A stretch of DNA of 63,994 bases, filler included, from Folioceros fuciformis (lineage: Eukaryota), in the NCBI GenBank assembly GCA_049999805.1. It is 4 parts of 3 records of this genome, joined end to end, with 100 filler letters (N's around TTAATTAATTAA, not from the genome) between each part and the next. Parts side by side here need not be neighbours in the genome. Positions count along the whole stretch, not along the records: positions 31,419 to 54,412 come from JBNGIO010006223.1; positions 54,513 to 61,815 come from JBNGIO010006226.1; 2 more parts are not named here. One strand, 5' to 3'. Shown one piece after another: positions 50,801 to 61,500 of this stretch (positions within the stretch are counted from its first letter, which is position 1; each line of letters starts with the position of its first letter). The position numbers and the translations under genes are program-made. The notes beneath the pieces are model-generated. The model did not search any database. It saw only the letters and a list, made by a program, of their open reading frames with translations, and had not been told where the DNA came from.

Positions 50801-51684
50801 TTTGAACTTGAGAATTCTTGCCCTCAGTTGGGACAACCTCGACCTCAGTGGATGAATCCCCATCACCCGACGTCTCCTGCGCTTGCTCAGATATAGACTC
50901 GTAGTCGTGGGAGGTTTGAGGATCAGAGCCAGGAACACATCCCTCTGTTTCCTCTTCCTCTTGCGAGTCTGTCTGACAGTCTTTCCCGCTATCGGAATGG
51001 ACTGCAGAATAATCATGAGCGCTGCACGGAGAATCCCCCGAGCCGTCGGAATGGGAGTTCGACGAGGGAGAGGAAGTTCCTGCAAACGGGGAACAAGGTT
51101 AGCTAGGAGCAGGATATGCAGGGGCTTTAAATCAAAGATCGGAGACGGACAATGTGATTGCCAAGCAAGCTGTGCACAGCCCACCATGTGCTGACTTGGT
51201 ATCTACAAATTTGGAAGGACCATAATCTCGACTGCTGTGGAGTATCCGCTTAGCTGCCTGCAAATACCATGACCTAAATTAGTCGCACTAGGAAATGAAA
51301 GAAATCTGGGCCTGAGCATGTATGACTTAGAAGGATCACGGAACTCAATGACCGGGTTCATTGGCGAGGAGAAACGCACCAGCTCTGCCGCAGACAGCTT
51401 GTAGACGGATAAGTCATGTATGGAGCTCTGAGGGCAAGCCGGCGTGCACTGGGTTAAGCAGTAAAATCGACCAGGCTAACTGGCAGAAGAGTGGAAAACG
51501 GTGTCACAGTACTTACATCCCACTCGGGCCGTGGCCGGGGCCTAGGCCCGGGCCTGAGTCGTCTCTTTCGCCTGGCCTTGGCAGCAAACAAGTTCGCTTT
51601 GGAGCTGGGGCTTCTGCAGAACACACGACGCTTGATGCTGTAGTTCAAGTAGTTGGGATAATGAGCGATCGTGGGGAACACCAT
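47890..51684 (-). CDS. Large low-complexity multi-exon protein with a SPICE1-like (spindle and centriole-associated protein 1) N-terminal motif
   Basis: GT-AG spliced exons (..51517 / 51427-51380 / 51257..) give RKRRLRPGPRPRPRPEWD-SSIHDLSVYKLSAAEL-AAKRILHSSRD. Long Ser-rich open exons follow. Start and end are approximate. Confidence 0.6.
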
Positions 51685-52306
51685 TTGTGGATCTAGAGCC
51701 GGCCGATTTCCCAGCAACAGCGAGCGAAGGCAGATCGATGTGCAGCGGAGCTCAATGTGCTGGGCTGGATGGAATGCAACGGAATTGCAATTGCAGCTAC
51801 AATGGGTGCCGTGCCAAGCGCAGCTCGGGAGACGCGGAAGCCATGGACCCCAAGAAAAGGGGGCCTCGGCTTCTTCCCGATCTTGGGACATTGCCATGCT
51901 GGCACCGGGCTTGGCCAGTGCCAGCGTAGGCCGAGTGTCACCACTACACTCGCTGCTTTCCCATCGATACCCGATGGCCATTAAGGCAAATACGGTCAGA
52001 CCCGTGTGGACACGCAACTCGATGTACCCTACCTTCATAATATAGCAACATCAGTTCGTGTTCCCGTCGCGATCCCGAGTTCGATCCCAGTTCACATACT
52101 GTACTTCGAAAATTCTCAACTGGTTCAAGACTTGCTGTTGCCTAACGTTTCCGTGCTTCAAAGACTTCTCGGCTTCAAACGACCGCTCTTGCTAACTGTA
52201 CTCCGGCCTTCAGGTCTGAGCTGCTGTCGCTTTGTCAGCCTCTCCGTTGTGCATTAGCTTGTCCGATGCTTCACTGCTAGCTCCAGCTGAGCAGGCGCGT
52301 GGCAGT

Positions 52307-54412
52307 ATGGACGTGACTCTTGAGAATTTCGAGGAAATGCTGCCGAGGGTGGAGAAGGCAATCGAGCATTGTGTCTTCTTCTCCATGGACGCCGAAATGA
52401 CGGGCATCCAAGCCGTAGATCCGGGGTTAGTTGTAATGTATTCACGCTGCCGAGGATGCGAATGCGATTCTCCTTACTTGTTCGCGGTTCGTTCGAGGAC
52501 CTTATTGGCGCCGCTTCCTACGCCGTACATTCCTCAGGCGAGAAGATGTGCTTGATGACCCTGAACAGCGATACGCTAGAGTCAAACAGTCCGCCCAGAG
52601 CTTCCTCATCATGCAGGTACTGTACTGCGTGACGTTGCTGCTCGCTACTCGCTGAGGCGTGTATGTCGAGCATGCCTGTCGAGCTGGTTGTGCGGTCACT
52701 AGGGTACCTGCCACTCGCTCTCCCTAGACTGGGACTAGGACTAAGACTAGCACTTGCAACTCTTCTTCGGTGTAATATAAGTTGACGCGTGGCAGCTTGG
52801 CCTGTCAATGTTTGAGCTGGATGAAGATGGTTGTTACACGGCCCAGACTTTCAATTTCTATGTTTTCCCTCACAGCTATTGTAATTGGGACTCTCGCTTC
52901 ACTAGCCAGGTAAGTTTTTTCGCAAATACTGGTGTTTCTAGGAATTCAATTCGTACCACGTAACATTTTCGTACTGTTTGCTTATCTTGCAGGCATCATC
53001 CTTGGAGTTCTTGAAGAATCATAACTTTGACTTCAACAAGTTCATATATTCAGGTAAGCTGAGCCTGTTCCCTCCTATGACAAGGTTTCTCCCTTTTCGT
53101 TGTCTGTGCAAGCCAGTGTAGAGAATGTGGCCTTTCCGGCCCAGGCACTCTTCATGTTGACAGGTGAAATCGCTGCAACAGCATCGAGTCTGGATGGACC
53201 TGCTCTTAGCAGGCCCTCTAGACTCTGAGGATCACACTTTTAGTGATGTAGGAAGTTTGAGAAACGCAGTGGCCCAGCCACGATTCTTTCTTCATTCTTT
53301 TTTATTCCTTAGCGCTATTATATGTGTCACCTTCATGTTTTGTCAAGCAGGGATCCCTTATCTCTCTTTCACGCAGCAACAACAGTTCCACAGAGACAAG
53401 CAGAAAGCTGAGGACAAAAGGCAACAGCCTATTGTTCTGACTGATGAGTCAGACCTTACCTTTCTTCAGCAGCAAATGGCTCGTGTTCAACGCTGGCTTC
53501 AGGTTCCGCAACAAGCTCAGTCCTGCTGTCTGCCCCCTGATGCGGAGGAGGACCATGGACAGTTGTCTTGTCCAGTTGACCATACCTGTGAGGTGCTTGT
53601 GCTCGACCCATGTAACAGCTATCTACGAGCGGTTATGTATCAGGAACTGGAGAAACGGTATGGCAAAAAGTATTTCTACGCTGAAGTGCCACAGGTTCGT
53701 AAACATAGTCCTGCGTGTCTGTTATCTTTGAACAATGCTACCCGCTGTTGGTCGTCCACGACGTTTTGCTAAGCTGGTACACCTCTTCCTTTATACAGTC
53801 CAAATTGAGAACACGGTTATCAAGTCTGAGACTCACAAAGGGATCAGCTAACAGTATAGCTGCTCATGAAGCGGAGATGGCTGCGGAGAAGCAGCGGCTA
53901 TATTTCCGTGCCGTTGGCTTTGGACATGTTGTGAAACTGCTGCTTTCCTGCAAAAAGCCTGTTGTGGGACACAACGTGTTCATAGACGTGTGCTACTTCT
54001 ATCAGCATTTCATTGCACATCTTCCTCCAACGTTTGTGGAATTTGGACAGAAGGTGGTTCTTCTCTCTGACGCCTCAATTGTTTCGTCGAAATTCTTTTT
54101 TAGTCCACTCTTACCTCTGTTTGTGATGGGTCTTGAAACAGATCATCTCTCTGTTCCCTTGTGGGGTATATGATACAAAGTATCTTGCACGGACGGTCCC
54201 AAATGTCTTCCCGCCGGCACGAGGAACTTCGCTGGAAGAGGTTTATACTGCGTTGTCTAACTTTCAGTGTCCGGGAAGTGGTGATAATGAGGTGGTCAAA
54301 GGCAACTCTACAGCTCTGTCAAACATTTCTCCAGCAACAAGTGCTGGTAACGGAGAAGTCACAACAAAACTAAACTCTCCCGGCGCAACCAACATCAAGG
54401 AGCAGGATGGTC
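52307..54412 (+). CDS. PARN: Poly(A)-specific ribonuclease PARN-like (CAF1/DEDD family, R3H-like insert), 3' end cut off by the contig end
   Basis: MDVTLENFEE..., FFSMDAEMTGI, FNFYVFP, SSLEFLKNHNFDFNKFIYSGIPYLS, KKPVVGHN and YDTKYLA. Confidence 0.88.
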
Positions 54413-54512
54413 NNNNNNNNNNNNNNNNNNNNNNNNNNNNNNNNNNNNNNNNNNNNTTAATTAATTAANNNNNNNNNNNNNNNNNNNNNNNNNNNNNNNN
54501 NNNNNNNNNNNN
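54413..54512. other. Artificial contig-join spacer
   Basis: TTAATTAATTAA at 54457-54468 within Ns. Confidence 0.9.
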
Positions 54513-57265
54513 GTGATTCGTGCGAGCTCAGCAGCCAACGAAACGCCTTCACCGTTGCCTCTGCCTGCTGTCGAAAATGTCTTGCATTCCCATCCCGCGA
54601 TCAGCATATCCACTGGGCTTGACAAGGCTTGTAGCTGCCGCTTCCCAACCAGGTTCACGTCTGTGGGCAGCCTGCTCTGACAGCCTCGAACTGCTTCCTC
54701 GCTCAGTAGTGTTGGATACTGTTTGCAGAACCTGAGGATTCGACCCCTAGCAACAACTCGAATCTTCTCATCCTTCTCCACGCAGGTATATTGCCGTATC
54801 TTGACGCCACACTGCAACACCGCTTCCAGGCCACTGTTGATTCCCGAGCAGAGCTCCAACAAATGGATGCCTTGAGCGCCCACCTTCCATCGTACTAGAG
54901 CATCGTCGATGCGTCGATCTCCCGACTTGGCAGGCCCCATACCTGGGATCGACCTCTCAGGACATGTGTCTGTGAGATTCCACGGTCGATCCTCCTTCCT
55001 TCGCTGGTTCTCTCGAACCCTCGCTTGATCCAAATATTCTGAGCGCACCACCTTAAGCACACCCTTCTGCTCTCTTGGCTTTGGCATCTCCAGAGAGGAT
55101 AACTCCTGCGTTTCCTCCCACATCTCATGTCGATGTTCACTCTGAGCACTGTGGGCAATCATGGTGCTGCCTGTCATCCTCGTCCTGCTCTTGCCACCAC
55201 TCCTATTCATCCTTAGAGGAATTCGTGCAACATGCGTGAAATCTCCTCTCCACCAGAATGGTCTGTAGAAAGCTTCAGCGTGCAAGGGATCAACCCCCAT
55301 GGCAGGACGGTGAGTTCCGTCCGACCCCAGCAAGACATCATATGTCTTCGCACTGGTGACCAAACATCTCACTTCAACGATGCTGGCATCCTTCGTGCCA
55401 GGCTTCAATTCAATCTTCACGGGCCTCCTCGTCATTCCCAGTACCTGTTCCTTGGTACCTGCAGAGGTGGTGATGTTCACGTCGCTCGGAACGAGCTTGT
55501 GTCCGTACAGGTTTAGTGCCTCCTGCACCCGTGCTCCCAGCAGTACCGGATCCGCTCCTGTGTCTACAAGTACGTTTACTGGAGCATAGCCATCAAAGGT
55601 CACGTGCCGTCCCGTGTTATCAATCATGGCAACACCTCCTCCACCTCGCGCCTCTGGCATCAGATGCTCGCCACACAAACTGGCCATACTAGGGAGAGAT
55701 CCTGCGGATTCAAGCTCCTTTCTCAGCCATTCTCGCATGATGTTTTTGAAGTTGTTGCCTTTCACTCCCAGATCCACAAGACTTACTGCAGGCACCTCCA
55801 TGGCCTTGTCCAGCAACGCCTCAACGTCTCTACCTGATCTTGACACCTTCTGTGTCGTGGAGTTTCCCTCGACCTGCCGGAAACTCTCCGGCATCTTGGT
55901 CGATTCCCGTTCCGGCACTCCCTTCGCAGTGACGCCTTCACCAAAGTTAGCAACAGCCTTTTTCTTTTTCTTGCGCACCGCCATCATGCCAAATGCCTCA
56001 TCATCATCAGAGTCAGAGAACAAAATCCTCTGCTCTATTCTGCTGGCCATGTTGGCCATCTCCTTCTTGAGCTCCTCCACTTGCCCAAGGAGAGCCTTAC
56101 GACTCGGGCCCTTGCCCTTCTCGTTCTCAGCTGATGCAAGCTTGGGCTTCAGCTCTGGATAAGCTTCCCAACACGCTGCCTCCATGTGACCCCATCTGCC
56201 ACAAGACTTACAGGCTTCCTTGCCCTTCGGACCACCTGGCTTGTAGTCGCATTCGAACGCCTTGTGCGCTCCACAGCATCTGCCACACTTCACAGCTGCT
56301 TGACCTGCATTGTTAGCTGGCCTCTCCTTCGGCGCATGTGGCTGCTTGCCATGTCCTGAGGATTGTGCTTGCTCCCGGTACTGGTACCTTGGAACAAACC
56401 TGGAATTCCCGTGTCCTCCAGACCCGTGCTGCGAGGAGCCCTTCACGACTCCGTGATTTTCCAAGTAAGCCTGGCTTACTGCATCTCCTTTGAGCACCTT
56501 CTCAGCAATTTGGTAGGCGTCTATCAACTGATACCTTTCTCCCATCGCTCCATGCAGCGAGTCCATTACCTTCCTTCTTTGTCTGGCAGGCAATGCTGCC
56601 ATGAAGATCTCGGCAGCCTCCCTCATCGTCTTCACTCCCGTGTCTTCCACCAGAACCTTCAGTCTGAGGTAAGATGCACGCAATGTCTCGTTAGGCCTGA
56701 AAGAAAACCTCGACAGTTCCTGGATCTTTTCCAGCGAAGCTGTAGGAAACATGGTGGTTAACTTGGCGAACATCAAGTCCACCAGATGCTCGAGCTTGTC
56801 CTCGTCAGTAGGGGGTGCAGTCGAACCAGCCCTCTTGGCCGCCTCGTGCACTGCTTCTCTTCTCTCGGCCACCTTCAGGATCCCAGCCTTCTCATCTCTG
56901 TAATACATTAGAGCCTCACCCGCAAGGTAGGATGACATCTTCATGAACGCCATCCTCTGAGTGAACTCGTCCTTGTATTTCATCTTGTTTTCCGCCATTG
57001 CCCAACGAAACTTCTCCTCGAAATCTGCAAGAGACATGCTTCCATGTTTTCCTGTGAAGACATCGTTCTTACTTGGTGTGAACTCAAGCTCCATTCTTGC
57101 AGACTCTCTGCTCCAATCGCCAAACTGTCTCCTTGTGACTGGCGCGTTGTCTCTGTATTGTTCCGGTGTCCTCTTGAATGGCGAGTAGTAGCCGTCGTGC
57201 ACTTCTCCGACTGAAGACGGCGCAGGTGTCCTTTCGTCAGTCCACCCTGATCTCAAGAACACCAT
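54513..57265 (-). CDS. Retroelement polyprotein, N-terminal part: gag, two CCHC knuckles, aspartic protease, start of the DNMT domain (truncated by gap)
   Basis: YLAGEALMYY gag-like segment, CGRCCGAHKAFEC and CKSCGRWGHMEAAC, VLVDTGA...DVLLG, and LLELCSG...AGWEC. Confidence 0.88.
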
Positions 57266-57489
57266 CAATGGTTACTTCTCCTATGCCTGACCACTGCACG
57301 GATGTTGTCAAAGGGCAAATTGTTTCCACCGTTAGCCCAATCAGCTAGCCAGAAAAGTACATCCACTGCCTCTATCCACAAACGACTCCAGACGTATGCA
57401 GGCTCTTCTCCCGACAGCTCTGCTAACTCAGCAATCGTGAGACTACCACACCTAAGCCGTGTATAATCAATGGCAGAATTCTTGTCCAT
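57265..57489 (-). CDS. 74-aa upstream ORF whose stop overlaps the polyprotein start (TGATG)
   Basis: ATG at 57489 and TGA at 57267-57265 sharing its A with the ATG at 57265-57263. Confidence 0.5.
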   Translation of the reverse strand: MDKNSAIDYTRLRCGSLTIAELAELSGEEPAYVWSRLWIEAVDVLFWLADWANGGNNLPFDNIRAVVRHRRSNH

Positions 57490-57654
57490 CAGAAAAACAT
57501 CAGCCTATCTCTTAGTGCTGCCTCTGCAACACCCAACCTTCTTGGATCGCAGCTGTCTCTTGGGTTGGATGGTGGACGATTTCCGCCTCTTCATCCAATC
57601 TCCAGCGCGCCACATTCTCCTCCAGTACCGTATCTTAGTCCCCAACAAGCGGAT

Positions 57655-58496
57655 TGTTGATGTGGTGAAATCAAGCTGGAAAATTCTCCCAACCTGGCAA
57701 TGCAACGAACCACAAGAACCTCTAGGAGACAAAGACACAGCAGGGACGAAGTATGGCTGTCTATTGGAACAAGACAAACATCAACAATCCGAGAATCCAT
57801 GGCTGGGTGCCTACATATATAGGCAAAAACCCCCAGGAGTTCTCGATGAAGTGTCCACCCGTATCGATGGTGGGCACTTTATAATCCTACTTTCCTTGAT
57901 TTATGATTTTTATGTATTTTCTAATATCTTCTAATATAAATCTGCTATCTATATATGTGGCATAGCACCGCGCCTTTCATGCACAACCATGCATATAGGT
58001 TGCATGCGCCATGACACATCACCTGCCACATGTCCACATACATCACATGTCATCCTTCATCTCCATATGCATGCATACATGGCACACATGCATATATGGC
58101 ATACATGTCATGTGCAGGCCATCCATGGGCCATGTACATGACATCATCAAGCACTTCAGCATCAGGGCTTATGCCCGAGATGCTCCAGTCAGTATCTAGT
58201 CATTTCAGCATTCAGGGCTTATGCCCAGGATGCTCTAGTCAGTATCCAGTCATAGAGTCTTAGGTGCTCTGTTTCCCATACAGCAACAGCTGTCGCGCAG
58301 CAGCCGCATAGCTGCATGCCTACCTAGCCTGTCTACCAAGCTAGGTCACTAAGCTTCCGCCTGCCTACGATCTCCTTGGCCTTCGGCCTAGGAGCAACAA
58401 TCCTAGCCTTAATTTGTCCTTGGCCTATGGCCAAGAGCAAGGCTACAAAAAGAGACTAGGTTTGCCTAAGAGAGGCAGACCCGGGACCCGTCAACA
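57655..58496 (-). repeat. Long terminal repeat (about 840 bp) of the DNMT-carrying element
   Basis: Starts TGTTGA immediately after the purine-rich AGGGGGGC (PPT, 58504-58497). TATATAT at 57821. Ends at ...CCACA (57661) or ...TCAACA (57655). Confidence 0.75.
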
Positions 58497-58582
58497 GCCC
58501 CCCTGGGAAACTTGGAGGCCTAGCCACCTGGTTTCCCACAAAATTGTTTAGACCAACTTGGCCTAGGAAAACAAACAACTAC

Positions 58583-61500
58583 TTACCAACGTCCCCACCA
58601 GCGAGAACGTAGCTTGTCCAACACTGACGGTGGTTCTGACCGAGGAGGAGGAATGGCGTCATCTTCTAGATCCTCATCATCTGATGGGTCTTCTTGTGCC
58701 TCCTGTGTAATCGTAATCTCACTGGGCAGCTTGAATCCAGAGAGACTGTCAACTGCTGTTTCAGCTTCCAACGTGTGTGAATTTAAGACAACCTCAGTAT
58801 CACCTTCTGTAAGAGCCACGTTCACACTTAGCACATTACAGTGCTCACATAGCCATTCTTCTTCTGGAACACTGTCCAGTGCCGGTTTGAGGCAAAACAG
58901 ATGGTAACCACGGTTACACCTGTCACATAGCAACATGAATTCGTCGTCAGTTGTGTGTCCACACTCCTCACAGGGCAAATCTGCTGGTGGCGTCCAGGTC
59001 TGAGGCACAGTTCGTGTATCCAGATCAGGCAAATGGCATGGAGCCAAGTGCTTCATGTGTTCCTTGCACCTTCTGCCATCTCTTCCTTCAAGTTCAACCA
59101 CACCTTGCTCACCAACCTGGACAACTCGCAGGATAAGCCTTCCTGTGCTGACATCTAACGTGCTTGCAGGCCTGCGCTGCAAGTACACGTAATCTCCAGA
59201 TGCAAACTTGCGGCCTTTGGGCTTCCACGAGCCCTCCCGCGTATAAGCATACCTCAGCTGGTCCCGATGCTGGGCCACAGCCAAATTATCCATAGCCATG
59301 GGAAGAATTCTTTGAAATACTTCTGCTCTGGCTTGAACCTGTGCCAAGCACACATTTGCATCTTTGCTCCAGTCAACAGGGATGGAGTAGGTGTCCTTCA
59401 CCACATTCGGCAACACTGCGTTGCGTCCGAATAACAAAAAGTATGGACTGAAACTTCCAAGAGCTGCCATGCTGAATCTCTCCCGCAGCAGCTCGTCTTC
59501 CTCTGCCTTAGGAACCTCTTTATCCTGCAGTAGTTGGAGGAAAGGCCTTCGCTTCCCTTCGGCTTCTGCAAGTTGGAACGCCAAGCCTGTGCTTACCAGC
59601 CACCTTAGACTGTACAAGTCAAATGCCTGTCCGAGCATCCTGCACCTTGCAGATTCTGTGATGCCCATGGTCTGAGTGTCCTTCTTGGCAAAGCCCATCG
59701 CTTGCTCGCGTTCCTCAACATTGAGCTCTCCAAGCTCATTCCCTTTCAAATCCAGAATCACACCATCTCCTCCTGGTCTGAAGGCATAAGATTGCGGTGT
59801 GCTCACCAGAGTTGGCCATGCCCTTCTGGATTCCCCTACTCGATTCACAGGGTAAAATGGCAACTTGTCCATCCTCTTCACCTGTTGTGAGCACCTTCCC
59901 AACTCTAGGATATCATCCACAACCTTCCGCTTCGGAGTTGTCAAATTCCTGTGATGTCTGAGCACCTCCAGTCCAGCCACATTTGTCCAGTAACTGCGAA
60001 GCCTGTGTGCATATGAGCCACACTGCACCGCGTCCATGATCAGCTCATTGCCGAACCACGCCCGAATCTCTTCATACAGGGCCCTAACAGCTGGACGTTT
60101 GTCCATGGCTGCACACACATTCTCCAGAATGTACCAACATCGTGGATTCGCAATCTGGACTTCTCGCGTGATTCGTGCGAGCTCAGCAGCCAACGAAACG
60201 CCTTCACCGTTGCCTCTGCCTGCTGTCGAAAATGTCTTGCATTCCCATCCCGCGATCAGCATATCCACTGGGCTTGACAAGGCTTGTAGCTGCCGCTTCC
60301 CAACCAGGTTCACGTCTGTGGGCAGCCTGCTCTGACAGCCTCGAACTGCTTCCTCGCTCAGTAGTGTTGGATACTGTTTGCAGAACCTGAGGATTCGACC
60401 CCTAGCAACAACTCGAATCTTCTCATCCTTCTCCACGCAGGTATATTGCCGTATCTTGACGCCACACTGCAACACCGCTTCCAGGCCACTGTTGATTCCC
60501 GAGCAGAGCTCCAACAAATGGATGCCTTGAGCGCCCACCTTCCATCGTACTAGAGCATCGTCGATGCGTCGATCTCCCGACTTGGCAGGCCCCATACCTG
60601 GGATCGACCTCTCAGGACATGTGTCTGTGAGATTCCACGGTCGATCCTCCTTCCTTCGCTGGTTCTCTCGAACCCTCGCTTGATCCAAATATTCTGAGCG
60701 CACCACCTTAAGCACACCCTTCTGCTCTCTTGGCTTTGGCATCTCCAGAGAGGATAACTCCTGCGTTTCCTCCCACATCTCATGTCGATGTTCACTCTGA
60801 GCACTGTGGGCAATCATGGTGCTGCCTGTCATCCTCGTCCTGCTCTTGCCACCACTCCTATTCATCCTTAGAGGAATTCGTGCAACATGCGTGAAATCTC
60901 CTCTCCACCAGAATGGTCTGTAGAAAGCTTCAGCGTGCAAGGGATCAACCCCCATGGCAGGACGGTGAGTTCCGTCCGACCCCAGCAAGACATCATATGT
61001 CTTCGCACTGGTGACCAAACATCTCACTTCAACGATGCTGGCATCCTTCGTGCCAGGCTTCAATTCAATCTTCACGGGCCTCCTCGTCATTCCCAGTACC
61101 TGTTCCTTGGTACCTGCAGAGGTGGTGATGTTCACGTCGCTCGGAACGAGCTTGTGTCCGTACAGGTTTAGTGCCTCCTGCACCCGTGCTCCCAGCAGTA
61201 CCGGATCCGCTCCTGTGTCTACAAGTACGTTTACTGGAGCATAGCCATCAAAGGTCACGTGCCGTCCCGTGTTATCAATCATGGCAACACCTCCTCCACC
61301 TCGCGCCTCTGGCATCAGATGCTCGCCACACAAACTGGCCATACTAGGGAGAGATCCTGCGGATTCAAGCTCCTTTCTCAGCCATTCTCGCATGATGTTT
61401 TTGAAGTTGTTGCCTTTCACTCCCAGATCCACAAGACTTACTGCAGGCACCTCCATGGCCTTGTCCAGCAACGCCTCAACGTCTCTACCTGATCTTGACA

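Noticed and set aside
54457-54468. TTAATTAATTAA palindromes inside N runs (also at 31363 and 61860)
   Set aside because: Identical six-frame-stop spacers added when joining contigs. They are not biological, and they create false ORF ends
54300-54600. Apparent insertion of the DNMT retroelement into PARN
   Set aside because: The two are separated by an artificial join, so adjacency is unsupported
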